Shown in pieces: positions 20,968-31,066 of a DNA stretch of 64,000 bases (positions within the stretch are counted from its first letter, which is position 1; each line of letters starts with the position of its first letter). A program made the translations under genes and the position numbers. Where the stretch lies: IMG/VR virus record IMGVR_UViG_3300047567_000025, positions 96,001 to 160,000 of that record. One strand, 5' to 3'. The notes below the pieces were generated by a model. The model made no database searches, was not told the origin of the DNA, and saw only the letters and a program-made list of their open reading frames with translations. Source of the DNA: a virus (Duplodnaviria > Caudoviricetes).

Positions 20968-21204
20968 ATGCGTAAAGGTGTAAAAATTTATATGGTTAAT
21001 ATTGGTGCAGACGGTACGGTATCTGCAATAGACTCTTCACTTGAGAATATAAAATTAAATCGTACAAGACGTAATCTGTTAGTCTGTTATAAAGATGCAA
21101 ATTACATAGAATCTATCAAAAAAGAGTTCAATAATCCAGATATTTTGCACAATGAGTTTACTGTTATAAAAAATGATGAAGTTGTCTTTTCAATGAATGA
21201 TTAA
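20968..21204 (+). CDS. hypothetical protein
   Basis: SD GAAAGGA; in operon. Confidence 0.55.
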   Translation: MRKGVKIYMVNIGADGTVSAIDSSLENIKLNRTRRNLLVCYKDANYIESIKKEFNNPDILHNEFTVIKNDEVVFSMND

Positions 21205-21207
21205 ACG

Positions 21208-21239
21208 TATTTTGGGTGGGCTTAGCCCACCCAAATACA
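21208..21239. terminator. bidirectional terminator
   Basis: TTTGGGTGGGC-TTA-GCCCACCCAAA between convergent genes. Confidence 0.8.
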
Positions 21240-21243
21240 TTCA

Positions 21244-21666
21244 TTAGTTTTCAGTATCATTGCTTTTGTCAGTTGCAATAGTTGCGTCAGTGCTGCTGTT
21301 ATTGTTTTCAGTGATATCTATCCTATTGATGACGTCATTAATTGATGATTGCAACTCTATTAACTTTGCTATAGTCGCAGATTCTTCCGGCGTTTCTTTT
21401 GTATGCTGTTTGATTATCTGGTGAATTCCAGTTGAACCAGATCCGGCTGCAATACCAATAAAGATTGCCTCAACTAACGAACTGCCCATGTTTGCCTCGG
21501 GCACATAGAATCCTATAATGCCAAGGATGATTCCATAGATAACAGAAAATACAGGAATCCATTTCGATATGTCTCTTTTAATGAAATTAGTTGCTATGTA
21601 CTTTGTACCCTGATTAAGAGTTGCTACAAATGCACTAATAGTTACGATTGATAGTGTCATGATCAA
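21244..21666 (-). CDS. phage holin (3 TM, Firmicute-phage type)
   Basis: KWIPVFSVIYGIILGI...AIFIGIAAGSGSTGIHQIIKQ; late motif AAAC-N7-TAA at 21706..21719. Confidence 0.75.
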   Translation of the reverse strand: MIMTLSIVTISAFVATLNQGTKYIATNFIKRDISKWIPVFSVIYGIILGIIGFYVPEANMGSSLVEAIFIGIAAGSGSTGIHQIIKQHTKETPEESATIAKLIELQSSINDVINRIDITENNNSSTDATIATDKSNDTEN

Positions 21667-21733
21667 ATCACTCCATATTTATAATATTAGGCATATTCAA
21701 ATGCCTTACAAATTTGTTTATTTCAACTTTGTA

Positions 21734-21752
21734 GACATATATTATTAGAATG
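21734..21752 (+). promoter_or_regulatory. putative early promoter
   Basis: GACATATATTATTAGAATG. Confidence 0.6.
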
Positions 21753-21768
21753 AAAGGAAGTGATATTA

Positions 21769-21924
21769 TTGCAATCAAAAAAAGATAATAAAAAAGTGAT
21801 TATTAAAGGATGTGATAAAACTGTTGACAAAGCTTTTGGTAAACGTTTGTCAAAACCAGAAGTACCTTCATCGCCAGGGCCAATTCATCCAGACTATATT
21901 AGCAAAGCAAAGAAGAACAAATAA
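21769..21924 (+). CDS. 51-aa basic protein
   Basis: SD GAAAGGAAG, TTG start, directly after the promoter motif. Confidence 0.45.
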   Translation: MQSKKDNKKVIIKGCDKTVDKAFGKRLSKPEVPSSPGPIHPDYISKAKKNK

Positions 21925-21968
21925 GTACACCAACCAAAAAAACATAAAATATTTAGGAGGAAATTAAA

Positions 21969-22727
21969 ATGGATAATGAAAAGGAAATAGCACAGTCAGA
22001 TGTTACTGGTAAATATCAAAGGACATTTCAGCCCCTTGAATATGATTTTCAAATGGATACGGATACATGTGATTGCAATGATGGTGGATATTCCAGTTGC
22101 TGTGATGAATGTGACTGTGAAGATGGTGATTATTGCAGCTGCTGTGATGAAAATAAAGTCAACGATAATGTCTCTGCAGATGATATAGCAAGTGATATGA
22201 ATGAACTTCTAATTTACATGTCTGACGGAAGTAGCTATGCTATTGACGTTGACGATTTGGAGTGGGATTCTCTAATCAATTCCATTCCACAGGCCGAGGA
22301 TAACGTTAAAACACTTCGAAATATGTTGTTAGATGTGATTGCAATGCCGACAACCTGTAGAGATACTGAAATACCAGTGATACAAGAAAAGCTTAATAAT
22401 TTTGCAGACTGCCTCGGAATCAAATTCGAATATGAAAAAATCAATTCTGCTATTACAAATTATGAAAAATGCATATTTAGTTGTAATGACATGATCAACG
22501 CCATGGAAACTGTTATCCATTATGCTAAAATGAAAGATATGTCACAGACAGTCGAATCAATATTTAAATTATTTAGCGTTGGAAATGATTCTTGTGATTC
22601 TGTTAAACGTGCTAATGTGAATGATGAAGCTGATATGGAAACATCAACCGATAGAAAGATACAGGATTTGATCAATTCTGAATGTTACGAGTGTGGTGTA
22701 TTCGACGATGATAGCATTAATGATTAA
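21969..22727 (+). CDS. acidic protein with Cys/Asp-rich N-terminal patch
   Basis: SD AGGAGG; TCDCNDGGYSSCCDECDCEDGDYCSCCDE. Confidence 0.6.
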   Translation: MDNEKEIAQSDVTGKYQRTFQPLEYDFQMDTDTCDCNDGGYSSCCDECDCEDGDYCSCCDENKVNDNVSADDIASDMNELLIYMSDGSSYAIDVDDLEWDSLINSIPQAEDNVKTLRNMLLDVIAMPTTCRDTEIPVIQEKLNNFADCLGIKFEYEKINSAITNYEKCIFSCNDMINAMETVIHYAKMKDMSQTVESIFKLFSVGNDSCDSVKRANVNDEADMETSTDRKIQDLINSECYECGVFDDDSIND

Positions 22728-22791
22728 ATGATTCTATTATACAAACTAATGCTATCTTAATAAATTATAAATGAACTAGGAGGAATAATAC

Positions 22792-23559
22792 ATGGAAATA
22801 TTAAAACCAAGCATACATTTCTATGATGAAATAGATGGTAACAAAATTCTCAAGAAGATTGAATTCTTCGGAAGAATATGTTACCAAAGCGAAGCAAAAG
22901 GAAATCCAGAAAAGTTTGTTCGTGCCATTATAAACAGAGGCCATACTAGTGTTCTTGAGCATGTTTCATTGTCATTCTGTGTAATTACCAATCGTGGTGT
23001 ATTAGCTGAGTGGACAAGACATAGGATAGCATCATATTCTGTGGAGTCAACTAGATATTGTAAGTATGCCACAGCTAGTGGTGCATCAGATAATAAAAAT
23101 GAATCAATGAAATTTATTGAGCCATTTGTTATTGAAAACGATGAAGGTAAATTTGCTATATGGAAAGAGGGATGTGAAAAGTCCGAAGAATCATATAACC
23201 AGATGATTGAATCTGGTGCAACACCACAAGAGGCTCGACAGGTTCTAAATAACTCATTAAAAACTATGATTGGATGCACAATGAATCTCCGATCATTACT
23301 AAACTTTTTATCATTGAGATGTGATAAAGCAGCACATCCTGATATAAAAATTCTTGCAATATCAATGTTAAAATATCTTCAGGAGAAGATTCCTGTTGTG
23401 TTCGATTATGTCAAATACGATGAACAGTTTTACAATGAGATGCTTGATGCATACAGATGGCGTGATTATATAAAAGCGGCGCCATGTACCATTGTTGCGT
23501 TGCATTCAACCAAAGCAATCTCTTCCGATATAGCTGATGAGATCGATAAACAAAGATGA
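22792..23559 (+). CDS. thyX: FAD-dependent thymidylate synthase
   Basis: RGHTSVLEH, ThyX motif RHRIASYSVESTRY, EARQVL, NLRSLLNFLSLRC...AH. Confidence 0.95.
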   Translation: MEILKPSIHFYDEIDGNKILKKIEFFGRICYQSEAKGNPEKFVRAIINRGHTSVLEHVSLSFCVITNRGVLAEWTRHRIASYSVESTRYCKYATASGASDNKNESMKFIEPFVIENDEGKFAIWKEGCEKSEESYNQMIESGATPQEARQVLNNSLKTMIGCTMNLRSLLNFLSLRCDKAAHPDIKILAISMLKYLQEKIPVVFDYVKYDEQFYNEMLDAYRWRDYIKAAPCTIVALHSTKAISSDIADEIDKQR

Positions 23560-23650
23560 CAATGTTAAATATGATCACTTATTGTTTAGACAATATGAAT
23601 GACTTTTCTAAATCAAAGTTTTAATAGCAAATTAATAGGAGGAATAATAA

Positions 23651-24691
23651 ATGCAAGTATATTATCATAGTGATGCTGATGGTAAATGTTCAGCATATAT
23701 TGTCAAAGCAGAGCTCTGTAATGTTTTTGATAAGCCATTACCTGAAGATTTCTATATGTATTCATATACAGGAGAAATTGGAAATATTATTAAGAATGAT
23801 GAAACAGTATACATTGTCGATCTATCTCTCAATGACGATATATATTATTTGATATATCGTTTAATAGCTAATGGATGTAAAGTCATCCATATTGATCATC
23901 ATAAAACAACGCTAGACTATCTCGACAGCTGTACACCAAAACAACTGACAACTATGAATTCAGTTACTAAGTTTTACAAAGTTGGAATTTCTGGCTGCCT
24001 ATTAACATGGATTTATTCATGCATGAATGATACTGAAAGAGAAAATCCAATGTCAGTATCATTTGATTTTGCAGAAGGTCGTTCACATGTAAAGATAATA
24101 GATAGCAATAATGATGCACGAGAATATCGAATACCAATGGCAATTCGATATATTGATGATTATGATGTTTGGCGTCATGATATTGAAGAATCGAATTACT
24201 TCATTATGGCATACAATATGCTCGGCGATAATTCCCCATCAAGTTTGATATGGGATGACCTGATATATGGATCGGATTTTAATCTCAAGCAATATGTTGA
24301 CAATGGACGACTTATATATGATTATCAGATGTCTGTAAATAAAGATATTCTCAAAAATGCTTTTGAGGTTGAATTCACAAAAATCGGTACAGTTCTATGT
24401 TTAAATTCAATATATGGCAATTCTAAAATATTTGGTGACAAATTTGATGAATATGTCGCTGTATGTAAATTCGGATATGATGGGACACATGATACATGGG
24501 TATATTCGATGTATGCTTCGGAAGTGTTTAACAAGGATAATGATGTTGATCTAACACCGATAGCAAAGTTCTTCGGAGGCGGCGGACATAAACATGCATG
24601 TGGTTGGACATTATCATTTAATATTTTTGATAGAAGATCAAATGCACCTTATGATTACAAACCATTTATTACAAATATGCAAAAAAATTGA
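23651..24691 (+). CDS. DHH/DHHA1 family phosphoesterase
   Basis: YHSDADG, IVD, IDHH, GGGGHKHACG. Confidence 0.9.
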   Translation: MQVYYHSDADGKCSAYIVKAELCNVFDKPLPEDFYMYSYTGEIGNIIKNDETVYIVDLSLNDDIYYLIYRLIANGCKVIHIDHHKTTLDYLDSCTPKQLTTMNSVTKFYKVGISGCLLTWIYSCMNDTERENPMSVSFDFAEGRSHVKIIDSNNDAREYRIPMAIRYIDDYDVWRHDIEESNYFIMAYNMLGDNSPSSLIWDDLIYGSDFNLKQYVDNGRLIYDYQMSVNKDILKNAFEVEFTKIGTVLCLNSIYGNSKIFGDKFDEYVAVCKFGYDGTHDTWVYSMYASEVFNKDNDVDLTPIAKFFGGGGHKHACGWTLSFNIFDRRSNAPYDYKPFITNMQKN

Positions 24692-24916
24692 TTGGGGAAG
24701 CTATGATGAATATTAAGATAACCAAAAAATGATAATAATAGCAATATTGTATTCTAATAAATTTAATCATGAATTGAGTAAATCAACTAGATTTGCCAGT
24801 CCATTATATCTTTAAGAATCTTCGTATCAGAAAATATTTGTATGAAGTCATAAAACCAGCATGCAACAATGTTGGTTTTTCAAGAGTACTTATGTATGTA
24901 AAATAAGGAGGAAAAA

Positions 24917-26038
24917 ATGAAAATAACAGTTATAAAGAAACAATCAAAAATGCATCATATCAATAAAGGGTTTGGCTATGATAACTTTTTCGATCTTGGT
25001 TGTTCACTTAATTTGAATAAAAGTATGTTTGATAACGTTGACAAAGAACAGGAACAATGTGAAGACATGAAGAAACAATCAAAAATGCATCATATCAATA
25101 AAGGGTTTGGCTATGATAACTTTTTCGATCTTGGTTGTTCACTTAATTTGAATAAAAGTATGTTTGATAACGTTGACAAAGAACAGGAACAATGTGAAGA
25201 CATGAAGAATGAAGAATACAGTAATGGTCATTCAACCATGCTGACAATAGCAAGGTATCCGCTGTGCGATTATGACAATGTAATTACTATCGATGAACAG
25301 TGCACACTCAATCAATTGATATCTACGATAAAAAGTAATCTACCAACATTATGTAGTGATTATATTCAATCATCAATTATAGTGTCAAATGAAAAACATA
25401 AACAGATATTCTATCTTATCGTAAATCCAGCTATTGGTGCTGCATTATATGCATTATATGATGAGCTATACTATATTAATGACGCTAAATGGGAAGAAAT
25501 CAAGCGTGATAAGTTTAAAATAAAGCCAAACAAGGTTGCTGACAAATCTGAATGTATTGACAAATTAGCTGCAAGAGCATTGAAATCCTATAATGATTTT
25601 ATGATGAAAAATTGGGTTGATACAATGATGAAAGTCAATGATAAATGTGATACGGATGTTCTTAAATTCATTTATCAGTTCAAACAACGTGGCAAGATCG
25701 GATCGACTGATAATATAATACATGATGTTTTCAGACATGGTTATTGTTGGCATTTTGCACATATACTAAAATCAACATTTGGTCGAGGCGAAGTTTGTAT
25801 CGCATATCCTTTTGGACATTTTGTCTGGAAAGATGTCAATGGCGTTGTGTATGATATTGAAGGTGAATATGGTCATGACTCGGAAGCATGCTGCTATATA
25901 CCCGAAGATTATCTACCAGATGAAGTTCTTGATACTTTTCGACATATACCGGATTGTGATGAGCACTATACAACCAAAGAAGAAATTGAAGCAATTGAAA
26001 AGCGATACGTACATGATAGATGCAAGAAAGTGAAATGA
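24917..26038 (+). CDS. multi-domain hypothetical protein with an internal 45-aa duplication
   Basis: SD AAGGAGG; middle domain paralogous to the C-terminal part of 29315..30028. Confidence 0.65.
   Translation: MKITVIKKQSKMHHINKGFGYDNFFDLGCSLNLNKSMFDNVDKEQEQCEDMKKQSKMHHINKGFGYDNFFDLGCSLNLNKSMFDNVDKEQEQCEDMKNEEYSNGHSTMLTIARYPLCDYDNVITIDEQCTLNQLISTIKSNLPTLCSDYIQSSIIVSNEKHKQIFYLIVNPAIGAALYALYDELYYINDAKWEEIKRDKFKIKPNKVADKSECIDKLAARALKSYNDFMMKNWVDTMMKVNDKCDTDVLKFIYQFKQRGKIGSTDNIIHDVFRHGYCWHFAHILKSTFGRGEVCIAYPFGHFVWKDVNGVVYDIEGEYGHDSEACCYIPEDYLPDEVLDTFRHIPDCDEHYTTKEEIEAIEKRYVHDRCKKVK
24935..25209 (+). repeat. exact 135-bp tandem duplication
   Basis: 24935..25069 repeated at 25070..25204, bounded by AAGAA microhomology. 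Confidence 0.95.
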
Positions 26039-26062
26039 AGAAAATCTAATCAGGGAGTAACT

Positions 26063-26212
26063 ATGCAACGGCGAAAAACTTATAATAGGTATGGTACAGT
26101 CCAACGAGTCGACAGATCTGAAATAAAGAAAAAGATGGATAAGCAAATTGTAAAAGCAATGCAATTTGTTGCTATTGTTAACAAGATGACAAATCATGGA
26201 CATAATAAATGA
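26063..26212 (+). CDS. 49-aa basic protein
   Basis: SD AGGGAG; MQRRKTYNRYGTVQRVDRSEIKKK... Confidence 0.45.
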   Translation: MQRRKTYNRYGTVQRVDRSEIKKKMDKQIVKAMQFVAIVNKMTNHGHNK

Positions 26213-26243
26213 AATGAATGGGGCTTAAAGCCCCATTCATTTA
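26213..26243. terminator. bidirectional terminator
   Basis: AATGAATGGGGC-TTAAA-GCCCCATTCATT. Confidence 0.8.
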
Positions 26244-26250
26244 TATTATT

Positions 26251-28170
26251 TTAGCTTTTTATAATTTTTTCTAGAGGTGTTTCTGTTGGCTTGACACCAT
26301 TCAGCGTTTGTGATAACCCCTTTACGATTGACTTTGATGTGTCCTGAAATAATATGCCTTGTAAAACACCAGCATCTTGTACTGCTTCACGGAATGATTG
26401 CTTTTGATATGACATTTGATCAATATTAGAATTTTTTCCATATGCCTTTGCAAATGTATCTATTCCATTGCGGCACATACGTCTTGCAAGTAATTCATAT
26501 ATTAGAGAAACACCAGTTAAATCAATGGAATTTAATTCCAAACATTTAAACATATAATTTGTCAGACTATTATATGGCAACTGTGCTGTTCTGCTGTAAA
26601 AATATATTTGATTTATAAAGAATTCAACATTGATAATGCTTTTTTGTATAACTAATCGACATACATCAGAATCTGGCTCATATGTTATGATATAATTATC
26701 AGCATCTTCTTGTATGTCAGAATATACATTGAATGTTAAAAGAGCAGGTACAGTCATCATTGTCGACAATAATTCTGTATTATTTTTATCATAGAATTTC
26801 ACAGGGAAAATACCCATGCAATCAACAGATGTCGCTTCACGTGAGAAACCAGAAATCTCTTCTAATACACGCGGTATGAAAAGTTTCATTGTTGTTTTGA
26901 CATGAAACGTGCCGTCATCAATACTAAAATAATTATTTTGATCAGCGAATATTTGATCTTTTGAAATAATTCCAGCTGACTGTGACAAATTATGTTTTGA
27001 TTTAAGTTTTAAATCTAGTATTCTTTTAGTAATCTGTGAAGTAAGCAATCCAATTTGTGTTACTTCAAGTTTATAAAATGCTTGTCCTGCACATTTTGCA
27101 CATATAGCGTCATTTTTACAACACTGAGGTGAATACATTTGTACCGTTTGCCCAATATAATTGTTAATGACATCTGGCGTTGTTTGTACCATTTTTCCAT
27201 TTATATTTATATTTCTATATAGTAAATATTGTTTATTCTTTTTTGTAATTGTAATCGGTATTGTTGACAAAGTTCCACAATCAGACTTTGGATTTGCATC
27301 AATATGTTCGGACTGTAGCAGAGCTAATAATATTTTCGACATATATCCGGCTTCAGCAGTACCTACAGCTGATGGGTATGCTCCAGCAACAACTGAATTA
27401 GCAAACGCAGATATATCTTTTTTAGTAACGCCATTCATCAACGAGTTTTCAACGATATCATATTTTTTAGTCGCATTATTGAAAACAGCACCTCTCATAA
27501 CATTGATAGTTTTGTAATTGTTATCGAGGTTATTTACACCTGATGCATACATGTCATATCCTGAATCACTTTTGAGATTCTCACGTACCATATCTACTAA
27601 TTCTTTTTCAATCTTATTGACTGTCATTATTTGATCAACTGGATTATCTGAATTAATTGAAGATTCATATTCCTTAAATAATTCAGCCTTACGCTTATTG
27701 ACATTATCCATTGGCCGTATTAGACCATCTGTTATGGAGGCTGCTAAAAATGCCGAGCACCAAAAGCCTATTTTATCACGTGAATCTGTAAATGCGCCTA
27801 AATCTTTTGTTGTCATTTTACCATCGATTACAATCTCATTAATGGTTAAAATTAATTCGGAAAGACCCTTATTGTCTATAACTGTATTCCAGTATCCAGT
27901 ATGCTTGATAAAACCAGTTCGTTCCAAAACATAACGATTGAAAATTAGCATTCCAATTGATGTTAAAACCTTATCCTTCACGTAAATATAGTCTTTGTGA
28001 GTCAATTCAATTTTATCGGTTGGATTAAAATTTGCTTGCTTAAAAGTATTTGTTTCTTTGTCATGATAAGATGCAAACATATCTTCTATAAAAGATTTTG
28101 TTATTTGGTCAGCTGGCACTGACATTATTTTAGCAAGTGCCATTTTTGATGAATTATTAATATCTGGCAT
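26251..28170 (-). CDS. multisubunit RNA polymerase beta'-like subunit (C-terminal part), probably virion RNAP
   Basis: Bridge helix GTAEAGYMSK, DCGT, Zn site SPQCC...ICAKCAG, trigger-loop-like IGLLTSQ...LKSKH; late motif AAACGAATCTTTAA at 28202..28215. Confidence 0.85.
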   Translation of the reverse strand: MPDINNSSKMALAKIMSVPADQITKSFIEDMFASYHDKETNTFKQANFNPTDKIELTHKDYIYVKDKVLTSIGMLIFNRYVLERTGFIKHTGYWNTVIDNKGLSELILTINEIVIDGKMTTKDLGAFTDSRDKIGFWCSAFLAASITDGLIRPMDNVNKRKAELFKEYESSINSDNPVDQIMTVNKIEKELVDMVRENLKSDSGYDMYASGVNNLDNNYKTINVMRGAVFNNATKKYDIVENSLMNGVTKKDISAFANSVVAGAYPSAVGTAEAGYMSKILLALLQSEHIDANPKSDCGTLSTIPITITKKNKQYLLYRNININGKMVQTTPDVINNYIGQTVQMYSPQCCKNDAICAKCAGQAFYKLEVTQIGLLTSQITKRILDLKLKSKHNLSQSAGIISKDQIFADQNNYFSIDDGTFHVKTTMKLFIPRVLEEISGFSREATSVDCMGIFPVKFYDKNNTELLSTMMTVPALLTFNVYSDIQEDADNYIITYEPDSDVCRLVIQKSIINVEFFINQIYFYSRTAQLPYNSLTNYMFKCLELNSIDLTGVSLIYELLARRMCRNGIDTFAKAYGKNSNIDQMSYQKQSFREAVQDAGVLQGILFQDTSKSIVKGLSQTLNGVKPTETPLEKIIKS

Positions 28171-28294
28171 AATTTAATCTATCCTTTCATAAATGCTGTT
28201 ATTAAAGATTCGTTTGGAATCTATTTACTATTCATAATAAGAGACTTTTACAATAACCTAATATTGATATCAAAATATTATTTAGGAGGACTGT

Positions 28295-28918
28295 GTGCTT
28301 ATGTCAAATGAATATGAAATCAAAGTTGAAGGGGCTGTACATACTTTCGAAGGAGGAGCTACGCGTTATTCGAAAGATAAAGGACGATTTGATCTTATGC
28401 CAAGTGATATTATCATAAAATTACTCGAGCAATATTCATCCAATGATAATAATGCATCATTCAGCATCAATGATGCTATTATTGCTGCATATAAAGGAAA
28501 TTATATTGACGCTGTAATCATAATTGCAAATCAGCATTATAAAGATGAAAAATGTCCAGTTCTAGCAATGCTTGCTGAGTTAGCAATACATTTTCAAAAA
28601 GGTGCTGCTAAATATGGTGAAAGAAACTGTGAGCATGGAATACCTTTATGGAGTTTTCGTGATTCAGGAATTCGACATTTAACGCAATATATTCTTGGAC
28701 GTACAGATGAGCCTCATCATATTTCAGCAATATGGAATTTTGTGATGGCTGAATGGACAATGGCGAACCATCCAGAACGTTGCATGGACGAAGCAACATA
28801 TTGTAATTCTCGTGCTATTAATATTTCTAAAGATTGCACAACGACGTTATATCATAATACTGATACATATACTGGGCAACTTATTGGAGATGATAATAAT
28901 ACAGAAAGCAATACTTAA
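28295..28918 (+). CDS. dATP/dGTP diphosphohydrolase domain protein (DUF5664-like)
   Basis: GATR...KGRFDLMP, HFQKGAAKYGERN..HGIP, DSGIRHL, DEPH..A.WN. Confidence 0.8.
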   Translation: MLMSNEYEIKVEGAVHTFEGGATRYSKDKGRFDLMPSDIIIKLLEQYSSNDNNASFSINDAIIAAYKGNYIDAVIIIANQHYKDEKCPVLAMLAELAIHFQKGAAKYGERNCEHGIPLWSFRDSGIRHLTQYILGRTDEPHHISAIWNFVMAEWTMANHPERCMDEATYCNSRAINISKDCTTTLYHNTDTYTGQLIGDDNNTESNT

Positions 28919-29051
28919 AATAAGATTATTAGATGATGATAATGCAGTATACATTGATATTGATCAGCTCGAATATAAAAGTCATATAAATATTATTTAA
29001 TGGAGCCCATATGGGCTCCATAATAATGTTTTTTATTATTTTGAATCTTTA

Positions 29052-29317
29052 AATATATATTATTAATATGAATAATAATCGAGCAAGAATACATAAATAT
29101 GAAAGAAGGTGTTATTATGAATGAAATTAGTGAAATTGTCATTATTGACACAACAGATTCAATCATTATAAATGATTAATTTTTAAATACTCAACCACAA
29201 ATATATCAAACCAACTTGCTCGATTATTATATAATGAGTAAAATATTTAAATATAATAAATTTATTATTAAAGCAATCACAGAGCTGTATAATCTGTGAA
29301 GAAAGAGGTATATTATG
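29052..29317 (+). promoter_or_regulatory. early promoter, 16-bp inverted repeat enclosing a mini-ORF, then hairpin-SD leader (copy 2)
   Basis: Promoter motif 29052..29070; IR arms 29072..29087 and 29215..29230; leader 29270..29317. Confidence 0.75.
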
Positions 29318-30028
29318 ATACAAAATGATTTATTCAATGAAAACTGTGCTACTGTTAGAAGTTGCATATCAGTTGCAGCAAATGCAATAAACTGCTTTTA
29401 TTTATGCTATAACATTTCGGGAAGTAATTCGGAACGATATGTTCTTAGAAGAATATCTGACAATATTGCTATGTATGAAATATATTCACGTATTTCTAAT
29501 AATGGTAGCATTCGTCTCGCAGTAAAAGAACATGGATGTGATAAGAATCGCATGGTTATCAAAATTAATAGTAAAAAAGAATTGAGTATTACAACGTATG
29601 ACGTGCCACTGTCAAACGATGATATCAAAATCATCGAATATATACAAAAATATCACAAATATCATATAAAAGGAGATTATAATATGATGAAAGATATAAA
29701 TTGCATTGATAGTGAAGCTGACCATACAGAAAAATTAATGATCATTCATCAGCCGATAATAATTCGAAACAATGTAGTTTTCATCGATGCACATTGTTCA
29801 TTATCTGAACTTATTTGTGCATTAAAAGACAACGTTGTAACGTTAGGCTTTGACGTTGGGCTTGACATAATTTCAATTGGTAATTCAGCAATTACTCAAA
29901 TATTTGTAATCGATGCTTCTAATATTAATGCTATTAAATTATACATTGGAGATGATCCTAATAGCATTGACGACGCTCGATGGGAACAGATCAAACGTAA
30001 TACGTTTGAAATAAATACAAATAAATGA
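29315..30028 (+). CDS. hypothetical two-domain protein with an internal in-frame start at 29684
   Basis: Conserved leader upstream; internal AAAGGAG SD before ATG 29684; C-terminal domain paralogous to part of 24917..26038. Confidence 0.6.
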   Translation: MIQNDLFNENCATVRSCISVAANAINCFYLCYNISGSNSERYVLRRISDNIAMYEIYSRISNNGSIRLAVKEHGCDKNRMVIKINSKKELSITTYDVPLSNDDIKIIEYIQKYHKYHIKGDYNMMKDINCIDSEADHTEKLMIIHQPIIIRNNVVFIDAHCSLSELICALKDNVVTLGFDVGLDIISIGNSAITQIFVIDASNINAIKLYIGDDPNSIDDARWEQIKRNTFEINTNK

Positions 30029-30065
30029 TATTTGCTGACAAAGAAAATCTTTAAATTAATTTATA

Positions 30066-30088
30066 TGAGTGGGCTAAAAGCCCACTCA
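30066..30088. terminator. bidirectional terminator
   Basis: TGAGTGGGC-TAAAA-GCCCACTCA. Confidence 0.8.
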
Positions 30089-30098
30089 ATTTATTTTT

Positions 30099-30362
30099 TT
30101 ATATTGTGATAGTTGAGCTTTCCCATTTTTTGTAAGCATCGAAAAATATCTCACGTGTTATACTGTTATATGTAATTTCATAATACATTTGGTCTGGAAG
30201 ATTTGTGCTTAGAAGTGCTTTCGAGTGACCAAGCTCATAGCAATACCATACGACATAAACATTATCACTGTGAAAAACAATGTCATCCGATTTGTTCAAG
30301 TGCTCGTTAACATATTCAGTGACAAGTTCAATTGCTCGATTTAGAAATTCTTTTGATCCCAT
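30099..30362 (-). CDS. DUF6275-like phage protein
   Basis: VYVVW.C..L...KALLST...D.MYYEITYN....FFDAYKKW signature. Confidence 0.7.
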   Translation of the reverse strand: MGSKEFLNRAIELVTEYVNEHLNKSDDIVFHSDNVYVVWYCYELGHSKALLSTNLPDQMYYEITYNSITREIFFDAYKKWESSTITI

Positions 30363-30368
30363 AATTCT

Positions 30369-30677
30369 TTACTTCTTTCTTAAAATTAATTTAGCCAATT
30401 TATGCTTTGCTTTCTTTATAAATAATTCGGATTCATATATCGATAATGGCTCGTATATTGGCATATCTATATTTGCATGAATGTCTGATTTATATGAATA
30501 TATCATATAATTATTATCTGAATATGTTTCATATACTAATTCAACACATTGGTCGTATTCAGTCACACCCTTATCAATAACAATATGTCGCAAATATCTA
30601 ACCAAATTATCATTTTCACTAACTCTTCTAAAACCAAGCTCTGCTATTTTATAGTCGATTGATTTGAATAATCTCAT
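30369..30677 (-). CDS. hypothetical protein
   Basis: SD GAAGGGGG; in operon. Confidence 0.55.
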   Translation of the reverse strand: MRLFKSIDYKIAELGFRRVSENDNLVRYLRHIVIDKGVTEYDQCVELVYETYSDNNYMIYSYKSDIHANIDMPIYEPLSIYESELFIKKAKHKLAKLILRKK

Positions 30678-30764
30678 GATTCAACCCCCTTCTGAATATA
30701 TGTTGACTGTTACTTTAAAAATTGATAAATGATTAGGAATGATAATCCTAATCATTTATTATAA

Positions 30765-31043
30765 TCATACGGTATGCTTTACTCTATCTGCAACTTCTCT
30801 TTGTTTAGCATTATTAAATCTGCGAACATCACCATTCAGATATCCAGTAATTCGCCTGATGCGATTAAATGGGATTAATACACTGAAATGTGTTTCTATA
30901 TCCACGAAATCACCATCGATCTTTATATCGATTGATTTAATATCGCGGTCATGATATTTTTCTTTCATGATATTGATATATGCATTTTGTTCGTCCATTG
31001 ACATTTCACCATTAATCACATTAACAATTATTTTATTTTCCAT
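30765..31043 (-). CDS. stand-alone NrdD C-terminal glycyl-radical domain protein (92 aa)
   Basis: RIRRITGYL...RFNNAKQREVADRVKH is the class III RNR C-terminal signature. Confidence 0.8.
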   Translation of the reverse strand: MENKIIVNVINGEMSMDEQNAYINIMKEKYHDRDIKSIDIKIDGDFVDIETHFSVLIPFNRIRRITGYLNGDVRRFNNAKQREVADRVKHTV

Positions 31044-31066
31044 ATAAAAAATCCTTTTGGTTATTA

